Positions 37,989-50,272 of a stretch of 64,000 nucleotides of DNA are shown one piece after another; position 1 is the first letter of the stretch; each line of letters opens with the position of its first letter. Source of the DNA: Felis catus (lineage: Eukaryota). A program made the translations under genes and the position numbers. The notes under the pieces were generated by a model. It was not told the origin of the DNA and did not search any database. It saw only the letters and a program-made list of their open reading frames with translations. The stretch lies in assembly GCF_018350175.1 (NCBI RefSeq), contig NC_058368.1:153390001-153454000 (forward strand), in the 5' to 3' direction.

Positions 37989-38211
37989 GGGCGCCTGGGT
38001 GGCTCCGTCGGTTAAGCGTCTGACTTCGGCTTGGGTCATGATCTCATGGTTGGTGGGTTCGAGCCCCGCATTGGGCTCTGTGCTGACAGCTTGGAGCCCG
38101 GAGTCTGTTTCAGATTCTGTGTCTCCCTCTCTCTATGCCCCTCCCCAACTCATGTTCTGTCTCCCTCTGTCTCAAAATAATTAAACATTAAAAAAAATTA
38201 AAAAAAAAAAA
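37989..38211 (+). mobile_element. CanSINE preceded by an A18 run, all inside one TSD
   Basis: TSD gaaaggaaagagattga at 37952-37968 and 38212-38228. Confidence 0.92.
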
Positions 38212-38531
38212 GAAAGGAAAGAGATTGAAGAGTTTCCGGAGCTGGAGAAGAGGAAATCAAGATTTCACATAAGGAGATGGCCCGGGAAATGGAAGTATTG
38301 CTAGGCTCAGCTTCAGCAGTTGAGCCCACTGCAGGGCAGTACCAGTGTCCTGCTGAGTGCAGATCAGGCAAGATAGGACATGTGGAGGTGGAAAAGAATT
38401 CTGCAAAACTAAATCATTCCAGGAATAGTAGCAGTTGGTAAAATAGAACCATTTTGTGGTATCTTTTTTCTTCACAGAAGCATAATAATGACTGAATTAA
38501 ATACATTTTCAAGTTATAAAGCTGAAAATCA

Positions 38532-38740
38532 GGGGGTGCCTGGGTGGCTCAGTCCATTGAGCTTCTGACTCTTGATTTCAGCTCAGGTCATGGTCTCATG
38601 GTTAGTGAGTTCGAGCCCTGTGTGGGTCTGTGTGCTGACAGCATGGAGCCTCTCGGGATTCTCTCTTGTGCTGTCTCTCTGCCCCTCCCCTGCTCTCGCT
38701 TTCTCTGTCTCTCTCAAGGTAAATAAACATTAAAATAAAT
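38532..38740 (+). mobile_element. CanSINE
   Basis: Head, body and tail. Confidence 0.9.
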
Positions 38741-39367
38741 CTTTTCTGAATCCTGACTCTCCTATCTGTGAAACCTGGACCCCAGTTCCTTATCAGTAAA
38801 ATGGAGATAATAATCCATATTTTATAGAAGGTACTTGACACATAGTAAGTGCTTTGCAAGTGTTAACTCTTGTTATTTTAAAAAAAAAGTTATCTTTATG
38901 GGTGATCGGTGATGTATGAAACCCATTTAATGATTGTGTAGAAATGGAACACTGCACAGAAAATAAGAAAATATGAAATGATTGCCTAGATAAATTGTTG
39001 CTTGAAAAAAAAGTAAGGTGCAAGACACTGTGTAATGTATGTTTGCATTTTTTAAAAGGATATTTAAGTGCATGTATGCTTGTATTAATATATAAATTTT
39101 TGGGGGGACTGACACTCAAGAAACTGTTAATACTTGGGAGGGAGATGGGAGATTCTGGGTGGGACCTGAGCCTCATTTTCACTGTGTACCTTTTGTACTG
39201 TTTTAAATTTTTCAATCATGCATCTGGAGTTTTTAATTGAGAGGAACAAGTTCAAAGTTAAGGATATATAGAGCTCAATATCGTTATGTTTAGCCATTTT
39301 TTTCAATATATTATTTCATATATTGAAATAGAAAATTTTCATTGCTAAATTATGAAAGTGATCCATT

Positions 39368-39820
39368 GCTTACAATAGCCAAATTATGGAAGTGCCCATC
39401 AATAGATGAATAGATAAAGAAGATGTGGTATATATACAATGAAATATTCAGCCATAAAAAGCACAAAATCTTGCCATTTGCAATGACATGGATGGAACTA
39501 TAGAGTATTATGCTGAGTAAATAAGTCAGTCAGAGAAAGACAAATACCAATGATCTTACTCATATGTGGAATTTAAGAAACAAGACAAATGAGCAAAGAA
39601 AAAAAAAAGGAAACAAATCAAGAAACAGATTCTTAATTATAGAGAACAAACTGATGGTTTCCAGAGGAGAGGTGGGTAGAGGGATGGGTAAGAAATAGGT
39701 GATGGCGATTAAGAAGTACACTTGTTGTGATGAGCATCTGGTGATGTATGGACTGCTGAGTCACTACATTGTACACTTAAAACTAATATTACACTGCATG
39801 TTAACTAGCTGGAATTTATA
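39368..39820 (+). mobile_element. Carnivore LINE-1 3' end
   Basis: 'acaatagccaaattatggaag...gagaaagacaaatacc' followed by a typical 3'UTR. Confidence 0.85.
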
Positions 39821-41199
39821 TTATTATTAGTATTACATATTATTATAATTATCATTAATTATATTATTAGTAAAGCTTAGACTTTTAAAATGGCGTAAGA
39901 GTGACCAACAGTTGGCTTTAAGATGAGTAATAACATGTGACTTTCTTGCTTATTAAATGATAAATATTTGTTTCACAATATTTGGAAATTATAGAAATAA
40001 TATGCCTACCCATAAAAATGATATCTTGCACACTTTTGTGATTTGTGTGTTTTTCTAGCTTTTTTCCTTTTAGTTTTATAAATTGCATAAAAAGATATTG
40101 GGAAGAGGGTGACTAGAACATCTTTCTTTCACTTCCACTCCCAATTCCAGTCTATGGGCTTCTCCTGAACCAAATTCTTAAGAGATGAATGCAGGTGAGG
40201 AGTGAGGCCCAATGAATGAGTAGGCAGCTGAGGACCAGAAAGCAGTGAATTCAGGGGACACTTTGGATCACTGAGGGACAAGGTCATTACAGGCTCAGCA
40301 GGAGTAAATCCAGTCTTCTTGGCTTCCAAAAAGTGAAGAAGTTTTATGGGCTGACTGACTGAGTCTTCCCTGACATTGAGGCTGGAGGATTCAGCAGGGA
40401 CAGATCGCATGGAAGCTTCCTTGAGGTACTTCAGTTGGGCAATGGCAGTTTGCCGGCTTCTCTGCCTAGGAGAGAGCTTAGCCTTTCACCTGCAGCATTC
40501 TCTACCAGCTAGAATTGAGTCCCTCTGAGCCAAAAGAAAAATGACAAGGGGGCAAGGGGGCAAGAAGCCAGAGAGGGAAAGATCAGGCAGAATAATCAGT
40601 GTAATAGAGCTTTTTGGAGAAGTCAAAGGAAATCCTGAACTCAAAAGTAAGAAGGAAATAAACCCAAAGAAATAAACATGCAGCATAAATGAGAATTTCT
40701 GTGACAAAAAATTCAAATAAATAATTTATTAGAGGAATTTGGAAAGAGGATGCACACAGTTAAAATCTGGAATAGTCAAATAGAAATCAACGCCAAGACG
40801 TATCTTAAAGGCAGAGTAAAAATATAAAGAGATGGGAATCTGAGGGAAGCAGTTAGATACATGTAATGAGAGTTCTAGTAGAAGAAGAGAAAGGAAGTCA
40901 GACAATTTTTTTTTAGGAAGTCAGACAATAATTAAACAAATATGGAAGTTACTTTCCATTTGATGGAGAAAGAAATTAGCTTGTAGATTCTAATATCTTG
41001 CCAAGTTCTAGGTTTGAGAGATGAGGGAAAACATACTTAGTATGTCATGATAAAATCCCTGAACTCTAATTATTAATAGAAAATGGTGCAAGACTTTAGG
41101 CAGAAAGAACAAATCCTACAAGCAGAAAAATGGTACTTATGATAAGAAGTAGTAATTATATGCATTTTTTCTTCACAACAACCCTGTTAGGTAGGAGTC

Positions 41200-41392
41200 A
41201 TTTTTTTTTAATGTTTGTTTATTTTTGAGAGAAAGCATGAGTGGGAGAGGGGCAGAGAGAGGAGGGCAGAGGATCCAAAGTGGGCTCTTTGCTGATAGCA
41301 GAGAGCCTGATGTGGGGCTCAGACTCACAAACCATGAGATCATGACCTGTGCCAAAGTCGGAGGCTCAACTCACTGAGCCACCCATGCACCT
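41200..41392 (-). mobile_element. CanSINE inserted in a MIR
   Basis: TSD taggtaggagt/taggtgggagt; MIR-like 'gaggaaactg' flanks. Confidence 0.85.
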
Positions 41393-41861
41393 CTAGGTGG
41401 GAGTTGTTTTTATCTACATTTTACCTGTGAGGAAACTGGTACAGACAGAGGTTAAATCATAAGCCCAAGGTCTCATAACTAGAAAGTGACAGAGCCAGGG
41501 CTCAACAAAAGTGGTCTAGCTACAGAGGCACCACACTTTATCGTCACACAAGTTGGCTCTCAAATGGGCTGTCATATTTGAGAAGACATATGGGAAAAAG
41601 AGTCTAAGCAAACAACAGATGAACCAGGGAGACAAGAAACAAGGTGAGCACTGAACTGTGCTGTGTGTGGGGCAGAGGGGCTTCTCCCCATGTTCACCAC
41701 CTCCCTCTCATTTTCTTTCTCTCCCCTCTCCTTTCTTCTCCCTCTTTCTTAACAAATTGTACCATTGTTGACAGTGGTTCATGATGTTGACTGCTATCCC
41801 AGAGGAAAGGGGAAAATCTTGAATTGATTGTTTTGACTTGAAATGATCATAAGCATATGAA

Positions 41862-41983
41862 ATTTTTTTTTGAAGTTTATTTATCTTTTTTTGGGGTGAT
41901 CTTTACACCCAACGTGGGCCTTGAACTCACAGCCCCAAGATCAAGAGTCACAGGCTTTACTGACTGAGCCAGCCAGGCGCCCC
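41862..41983 (-). mobile_element. Short (CT-less) CanSINE
   Basis: TSD aag(c/a)atatgaaat. Confidence 0.8.
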
Positions 41984-42063
41984 AAGAATATGAAATATTT
42001 CTTTGAGAATCAGTCTTATATTAAAATTTGTGGGGCTAAGCTGGTGAAGATAAAATATAGACC

Positions 42064-42178
42064 TATTATATATTTATATATATTTTCTATATTTTTTATT
42101 TTTATATTTATATTTTATTTTATATATATTTATATATATTTATATATATTTTATATATATATTATATAAATTTTATTT
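42064..42178. repeat. AT-only low-complexity tract
   Basis: About 110 nt of almost only A and T. Confidence 0.85.
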
Positions 42179-42351
42179 CTCAATGTTTTGAACACGTAGT
42201 TGTAAAATTTCTTAAAATTTATATTCACCTATAGAAAAACAATTCAGATAAGTGATAAAGATTTAGATAAAGCTTTGCTCTTTGAAAGTTCCCTGCTGCT
42301 TAAAAATAATAGAAAGCTCAGAATATCTCTTTATGCCTTGATAATAGTGAT

Positions 42352-42750
42352 TGTTCTTTTCTTTCTTTTTAAAAATAGTTAATATACAGTACAATATTGG
42401 TTTCAGAAGTAGAATACAGCGATACATCACTTATATACAACACCCAGTGCTCATCACAAGTGCCCTCCTTAGTACCCATCACCCATCTAGCCCATCTCCC
42501 AACCACCTCCCTCCATCAACCCTCAGTTTGTTCTCTATCATTAAGAGTCTCTTGTGGTTTTTTCCCTTTCTTCTCTCCCCTCTTTCCCATATGTTCATCT
42601 GTTTTGTTTCTTAAATTCCACATATATGTGAAATCATATGATATTTGTCTTTCTCTGATTGACTTACTTTGCTTAGCATAATACATTCCATCTCCATCTA
42701 TGTTGTTGCAAATGGCAAGATTTAATTTTTTTGATGGCTGAGTAATTCCA

Positions 42751-42783
<33 letters not shown>

Positions 42784-42842
42784 CACACATCTCTATTCAT
42801 TTATCAGTGAATGGACATTTGGGCTCTCTCCATAGTTTGGTG
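42352..42842 (-). mobile_element. Carnivore LINE-1 3' end
   Basis: 'caacacccagtgctcatc...aaccctcagtttgttctc' 3'UTR in reverse orientation; internal (TG)n. Confidence 0.85.
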
Positions 42843-42899
42843 TGATTGTTATGTTAAATAAGACATAAGATATAAAAAATACAAGCCATAAAGCAAAAG

Positions 42900-43850
42900 A
42901 GATGAAGCTGCTTGGTACGTATTCCTGGTATGTACATTAGAAAAAAGCAGTAAAAAGTAAAAATTTGAGCCATAAATGGAAAGAAGATATTTGCAGTGCT
43001 TGTGCTTATTACTGACTTTCAAGTGATAATTCTAAATATACAAAGAATCTTGCAAAATTAATACTAAAGAAATCAGCAACCCAGTAGAGAAACAGGCAAA
43101 GCTATGAAGAGGCATTTCACATATGACAAAAACTGCGTGTCCATTGATACAAAAAAAGATGCTTAATCTCATTTGTAACTAGGAAAAAGGAAAGTAAAAC
43201 CTTAGTGCAACACGATTTCACATCTGTCAGACTGGCATAAAATCAGAAAATTTCATAAAAAGTTTTGGTGAGGGAGAGAATCTACAAAAACTAATACTAC
43301 TGGTGAGAGGGTGTGCATCAAGATGTGGAGGTTGGACAAAGTCTTGCACGTGTATATGAGGGGATTGGGACAAGAAGGTTGATGGCAGCATTGTTCATAA
43401 TGTAAGTATAGAAAAAAACCAAATTGTCCAACAATAGGAGGATGGATAAGCAAATAGTGTGCGATGGAAAATATATGAATGACCTATAGTTGTATGTGTC
43501 AACCTGTGGCTACATCCTAACGTGAAGTTGAGTAACAAAGTGAGAAAGGATAGTACAATAGAATACCATGTGTATGAAGTTTTAAATTGTACTAAACAAT
43601 ATTGCACATTTATAGATGCTTACATTATGAAATATAGAGCAACTGTGCAGTATCATAATGACAAATATCAAATTGAGACTGTTTATTTCTGGGATGAGAA
43701 GAAGAGGATAGGATTAGCATGAGTATGGAAGTGCACAGCAAATTAGATTTTGTTTTGTTTTAAGCTCATGGAGAGACGTACTTAGATATTTCTATTATTG
43801 CTCTCTATATGTTGTGATAGGCCTGAAATATTCTACAATTAAAACAGAAA
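42900..43850 (+). mobile_element. Ancient L1ME-type fragment
   Basis: Highly degenerate ORF2 end and 3'UTR ('aacccagtagagaaacaggcaaagctatgaagaggcatttc'). Confidence 0.55.
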
Positions 43851-44091
43851 AAAATCACTACGGTTATATTTTTTTAAGATTTTATTTTTTCAGGGGTGCC
43901 TGGGTGGCTCCGATGAGGGCTAGATGAAGGTTTAAGTGATAGGCCCCACCCGTAGAGGATGTTGAAATACTCTCCTTTCTCATTGTCTAGTTATAGTTTT
44001 GTTTATGTAGCATTTTTTCAAGATGGATGGAGCTTTTTGATGTGTTAGACACTTGACTCTGTTACACAAATCATTAAAAAAACACCCCGAA

Positions 44092-45559
44092 GACCAAAAC
44101 AGGAGGCATCGCAATCCCAGACTTTAGCCTCTACTTCAAAGCTGTAATTATCAAGACAGCATGGTATTGGCACAGAAACAGACACATAGACCAATGGAAT
44201 AGAATAGAAACCCCAGAACTAGACCCACAAACGTATGGCCAACTCATCTTTGACAAAGCAGGAAAGAACATCCAATGGAAAAAAGACAGCCTCTTTAACA
44301 AATGGTGCTGGGAGAACTGGACAGCAACATGCAGAAGGTTGAAACTAGACCACTTTCTCACACCATTCACAAAAATAAACTCAAAATGGATAAAGGATGT
44401 GAATGTGAGACAGGAAACCATCAAAACCCTAGAGGAGAAAGCAGGAAAAGACCTCTCTGACCTCAGCCGTAGCAACCTCTTACTCGACACATCCCCAAAG
44501 GCAAGGGAATTAAAAGCAAAAATGAATTACTGGGACCTTATGAAGATAAAAAGCTTCTGCACAGCAAAGGAAACAACCAACAAAACTAAAAGGCAACCAA
44601 CGGAATGGGAAAAGATATTTGCAAATGACATATCAGACAAAGGGCTAGTATCCCAAATCTATAAAGAGCTCACCAAACTCCACACCCGAAAAACAAATAA
44701 CCCAGTGAAGAAATGGGCAGAAAACACGAATAGACACTTCTCTAAAGAAGACATCCGGATGGCCAACAGACACATGAAAAGATGCTCAACGTCGCTCCTC
44801 ATCAGGGAAATACAAATCAAAACCACACTCAGATATCACCTCACGCCAGTCAGAGTGGCCAAAATGAACAAATCAGGAGACTCTAGATGCTGGAGAGGAT
44901 GTGGAGAAACGGGAACCCTCTTGCACTGTTGGTGGGAATGCAAACTGGTTCAGCCGCTCTGGAAAACAGTGTGGAGGTTCCTCAGAAAATTAAAAATAGA
45001 CCTACCCTATGACCCAGCAATAGCACTGCTAGGAATTTACCCAAGGGATACAGGAGTACTGATGCATAGGGCCACTTGTACCCCAATGTTCATAGCAGCA
45101 CTCTCAACAATAGCCAAATTATGGAAAGAGCCTAAATGTCCATCAACTGATGAATGGATAAAGAAATTGTGGTTTATATACACAATGGAGTATTACATGG
45201 CAATGAGAAAGAACGAAATATGGCCCTTTGTAGCAATGTGGATGGAACTGGAGAGTGTGATGCTAAGTGAAATAAGCCATACAGAGAAAGACAGATACCA
45301 TATGGTTTCACTCTTATGTGGATCCTGAGAAACTTAACAGAAACCCATGGGGGAGGGGAAGGAAAAAAAAAGAGGTTAGAGTGGGAGAGAACCAAAGCAT
45401 AAGAGACTCTTAAAAACTGAGAACAAACTGAGGGTTGATGGGGGGTGGGAGGGAAGGGAGGGTGGGTGATGGGTATTGAGGAGGGCACCTTTTGGGATGA
45501 GCCCTGGGTGTTGTATGGAAACCAATTTGACAATAAATTTCATATATTGAAAAAAAAAT
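44092..45559 (+). mobile_element. Young felid LINE-1 (L1_Fc-like), 5'-truncated, ~1.47 kb, ORF2 fragment still fully open
   Basis: Open frame from [12 protein letters not shown] at the junction to the stop at 45328. TSD AACACCCCGAA at 44081-44091 and 45560-45570. TT/AAAA endonuclease site at ~44074-44079. Confidence 0.96.
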
Positions 45560-46170
45560 AACACCCCGAAACTAACTTTTCTGGGCATGGGGGTTTAGGG
45601 GAATCAGCTTATTTTTAAGGTTTTTTTCTTGGGTTTTCATCTTTGTTGCCTTTTCTTTTCCTCTGTTTGCCTCCTAATCCAGATCCCTATACTTTCTGGG
45701 TTACTACAGGTCATTTTGGAAGTTCTCTCTTCTAAGGTCCCCCTTCCATCTCCACTCCCCAATTTCGGTTAGTGCTCTACTTAAAGACAACCAGTAGTTA
45801 TTTATTGCCGGCCAGATGAAATCACTCAGCTTCATTTTGAAGGTGTTCTTACTTTGTCATTAGTTTCAGTTTGGACTCTCCATTTTTTAGACCAGTACTC
45901 ACAGAAGCTGGCTTGTGACAAAGTTTTCAGCAACCACAGTAAAATGATAAAAATACAGATAATGTGGTTAGAGTTATATGCAGTTAAAATTATCCAAATG
46001 TAAATTTTTGAGATTTTTCCTGCTTTTTCTGGTAAAATGTATTTCTTCATAAAATAGTGATAGTTGATGACAGAATTTTAAAAAAGATCTTTCTTGGGAA
46101 AAGTACAAGTTGGTAACTTTTATGGCTGCCTTCTTCCTACCCCTCCTACTTCTCCCCACTTCAGAAACAC

Positions 46171-46174
<4 letters not shown>

Positions 46175-46215
<41 letters not shown>

Positions 46216-46220
46216 CTCTC
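46175..46220. repeat. (CT)n microsatellite
   Basis: Near-perfect tandem run. Confidence 0.9.
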
Positions 46221-46739
46221 TTTTAACATTTTTGCAGTTCAGGAAAACATAATGATTTCAGTTGTTTTGCATAATGCATACTCAAAAGTCATGTTTTTCC
46301 CATTTCTCTGTCTTTTCTCATAGTCATTCTGTTGTCTCTAGTGTTCTCCTGTTACTTCATTACAAATTCCACACTTCCTGTAATGCCAAGATCAAACCTC
46401 CTCTCCTTCAGTTCGTCTTATTTATGTAACACCTGTACCTCTTCACCCATCTTCCTTTGCACGTATGAGAATATTTATTAAAACCTCTGGCATTAGTTGC
46501 ATAAGAATTTTCTTTTTCAAATATTTTTTTTTCTCTCTAGGTAGCCTTAATGTCTGTAAAAGAAAGAACTTTTTGCATTTCCTTTAATACAAAGAGGATT
46601 TGGTGGTAAGGACATAAAATTCATATAAAGTGTTTTATGTTATAGTAATCCTGAATATGTGTTATATATATGGGTATAATGATTGAATATTTATGAATTA
46701 TAGTGACTCTTCACTATATATTTCTAGCTTAATGCTTTC

Positions 46740-47050
46740 CAGATCTCCAGGTCTTAGGTATTTGCATGTGACTTCTTTTGGCCAGTTAGATGTGAGTGAA
46801 AATGATGTGTTAATTCCAGCTGGAAGCTTTTGAGCCAGTGTAGATTTACTACCTCTTTCCTGATGCCATAGAGACCAGGAATATTCCACTTGGTGAATGA
46901 TCTTCAGCTTGGGTCCTGAAATGAGTGTAGTATGAAAGAACCCCAAATAACCTGCAATGGACTTGTAGTGTGCATGAGAAGTAAACCCTTGTTTCTTAGT
47001 CCACTGAAATTTTGGAGATTGTAGATTATAGAAGCATAACCTATTGATAC
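46740..47050 (+). mobile_element. Old MLT1-type LTR remnant
   Basis: 'catgtgacttcttttggcc...gtaaacccttg...ccactgaaattttggagattg'. Confidence 0.5.
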
Positions 47051-47199
47051 CTATATAAACCTCATTAAAAAAATGATAAAAATTTATAATTTTCTTTATT
47101 TCCTTATTAAATTCATAATTTAATTCATTTAAAATTTTAAATGCACACCATTTCAATATATGTTATTTCTTACATTTAAAAATAAAGAATCTTCACCTT

Positions 47200-48950
47200 A
47201 TATGGAAAACTCACAGCTAATTATCTTACTCAGTGGGGAAAACTGAGAGCTTTTCCTTTAAGGTCAGGAATAAGACAATGATGTCCACTCTTCATACTTT
47301 TATTCAACATAGTACTGGAAGTCCTATCCACAGCAATCCCGCAACAAGAAAATAAAAGCCATCCAGATCAGCAAGATGAAGCAAAACTCAGTATTTGCAG
47401 ATGACATGATACTACATATAGAAACCATGAAGAGTCTACCAAAAAACTATTAGAACTGATAAATGAATTTAGTAGAGTCTCAGAATGCAAAATCAATGTA
47501 CAAAAAAAAAAACCCAAAACAAAAACAAAAAACAAAATCAGTGCATTGCATTTCTATACACTACTAATGAAGCAGCAGAAAGAGAAATTAAGCAAACAAT
47601 CCCATTTACAATTGTACCAAAAATAATAAAATACCCAGCAATAAACTTAACCAAAGAGGTTAAAGATCTGTACTCTGAAAACTGTAAAACACTGATGAAA
47701 GAAATTGAAAGGCAAAGAAATGTAAAAACATTCCATGCTCATGGTTTGGAAGAACAAATATTGTTGAAGTGTCTATACTACCCAAAGAAAACCCTATCAA
47801 AATACCAACAGTATGTTTCACAGAACTAAAACAATCCTAGAATTTGTATAAAGCCACAAAAGGTTGCCAAAGCAATATTGAAGAAGAGCAAAACTGGAGG
47901 TATCACCATCCTAGATTTCAAGATATAGTACAAAGCTGTAGTAATCAAAACAGTATGGTATTGGCACAAAACTAGACATAAAGATCAATGGAACATAATA
48001 GCCCAGAAAGAAACCGGCAATTATATGGTCACTTAATCTTTGACAAAGGAGGCAAAAATATGCAATGGGAAAACAACAGTCTCTTCAACAGATAGTGTTG
48101 GGAAAACTGGACAGCTACATGCAAAAGAATGAAACTGGATCACTTTCTTACACTAGATGCAAAAATAAACTCAAAATGGATTAAGGTTCGAAATGTGAGA
48201 CTTAAAACCATTAAAATCCTAGAAGAGAGCATAGTCAATAATTTCTCTGACATCAGTCCTAACAGCATCTTTCTAGATGTGTCCCCGAGGCAACGGAAAC
48301 AAAAGGAAAAATAAAACATTTTGGGACTCCATTCAAAATGAAAAGCTTCTGCACAGGAAGGAAACAACCAACAAAACTGAAAGACAGTATACTGAATGGG
48401 AGAAGATATTTGCAAGTGACCTATCTGATAAAGAGTTAGTTTCCAAATATATGAAGAACTTATACAACACCCAAAAGACAAATAATCCAATTAAAAATGG
48501 GCAGAAGACATGAACAAACATTGCTCCAAAGAAAACATCCAGATGACCAACAGACACATGAAAAGATGCTCATATCACTCATCATAGGGAAATGCCAATC
48601 AAAACTACAATGAGATATCACCTCATACCTGTCAGAATGACTAAAGTAAAAAACACAAGAAACAACAAGTGTTGACGAGGTAGTGGAGAAATAGGAACAC
48701 TTGTACATTGTTGGTAGGAATGCAAACTGGTGCAGCCACTCTGGAAAACAGTGTGGAGTTTGCTCAAAAAATTAAAACTAGAACTGCCCTATGATCCAGT
48801 AATCCCACACTGGATATTTACACAAAGAATACAAAAACACTAATTCAAAGGGAAACATGCATCCTGTCATTTGTTGCAGTTTTACAGTAGCCAAATTATG
48901 GAAGCAGCCAAATGTCCATTGATAGATAATGAACGGGTAAAGAAGAGGTG

Positions 48951-49006
<56 letters not shown>

Positions 49007-49385
49007 GCAATGAAATATTATGCAGTCATAAAATATCTTTCCATTTACAACAACATGGATAGAGCTAGAGAGTATTATGGATAGAACTAAGTGAAGTAAA
49101 CCAGTCAGAGAAAGGTAAGTACCATGTGATTTCATTCATAGGTAGAATTTAAGAAAAAAACAAAAAGAATAACGAGACAAATCAAAAAGCAGACTTCTAA
49201 CTATAGAGAATAAACAGATGGTTACTGGAAGGGAGGTGGATGGGGGTATGGGTGAGATAGGTAAAGGAGATTAAGAGTACACTTATCTTGGTGAGCACTG
49301 AGTACTATATGAAATTGTTGAATTACTGTATTGTATACCTGAAATGAATATAATACTGTATATTAATTATGCTGGAATTAAAAAT
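47200..49385 (+). mobile_element. Older carnivore LINE-1 3' portion (degraded ORF2 RT and C-terminus + 3'UTR)
   Basis: Fragmented ORF2 peptides (FADDM motif 'tttgcagatgacatg' at ~47394, MKLDHFLT) with stops and frameshifts; internal (TATC)n. Confidence 0.9.
48951..49005. repeat. (ATCT)n tetranucleotide microsatellite
   Basis: Perfect tandem run. Confidence 0.95.
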
Positions 49386-49846
49386 CAAACCTGAATCTTT
49401 TCAGTGAGATCAACAATAAAGACTCAGAGTCTCATAGCAACATGCAGGAACATGTAGGACAGATTTAAAAAACACACCTGAGTATATTGAAATTGGCAAG
49501 TTGAAAACTAAAACACATATGAAGTTTAAACTCTTTTGAAAAGAAGCAGCTATGCAGTCCTCAAGAATGAAATTTTCAAGTCTCATTAATACATCTAAAA
49601 TTCCTCTTCCTACTATAAACCTTAATGATTTTGAGAAAGCTGATTTGAATCAGTTTCTATCATGTTACTGTGGATTTAAAATAACTAAAATTTAACATCT
49701 GGGAGCAATTTTATTTAACATTTTTAATTTTTACTTCATTCATGGCCTAACATTTAATGAACAAATTCTTCACCGAGTTTATGTGGTAAAGTTCTGGCAG
49801 TGAAAAAGTATCTTGAAAACTCAACAGATTAAAATATGAATAACTA

Positions 49847-50076
49847 TGGGGCACCTGGGTGGCTTAGTCGGTTAAGTGTCCTACTTCAGCTCAGGTCTTG
49901 ATTTCACAGTCAGTGAGTTTGAGTGAGTTCGAGTCTTGCATCGGGCTCTGTGCTGACACAGCTCAGAGCCTAGAGCCTGCTTCAGATTCTGTGTCTCCCT
50001 CTCTCTCTGCTCCTCCCCCACTTGCTCTCTGTCTCTCAAAGATGAGTAAATGTTAAAACAATTTTTTAAAAAAAAA
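49847..50076 (+). mobile_element. CanSINE
   Basis: TSD aaaatatgaa(ta/ca). Confidence 0.9.
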
Positions 50077-50255
50077 TATGAACAGCTAAAGCAGGAATCT
50101 GATAGAATCCCATAAAGGAGTCTTGACCCATAGGAAATAATTAGGATGGTTATACATATACCACAAAAACACAGAAGAAGCAACTAACCTCAGAGCTCTA
50201 AATTAACTTTTGAATACTGTATTGTTTGCCTAGCAAAAAGATATTTGGGAGGTTG

Positions 50256-50272
50256 GCGCCATCTGCTGGCCA
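50256..50272 (-). promoter_or_regulatory. Strong CTCF motif
   Basis: Minus strand reads TGGCCAGCAGATGGCGC, a near-perfect core consensus that keeps its CpG in AT-rich DNA. Confidence 0.7.

Noticed and set aside
40130..41130. Possible processed pseudogene in a purine-rich stretch
   Set aside because: No recognisable protein. The A-rich portion looks more like a decayed L1 ORF1 or HAL1-type remnant, and I cannot assign it confidently.
44339..45328. 329-aa ORF as a host gene
   Set aside because: It is the C-terminus of L1 ORF2 in a 5'-truncated, TSD-flanked insertion.
25515..45559. The two L1s as one element split by inversion or twin priming, or as a segmental duplication
   Set aside because: Both cover the same L1 interval, each has its own tail and matched TSD, and their flanks are unrelated.
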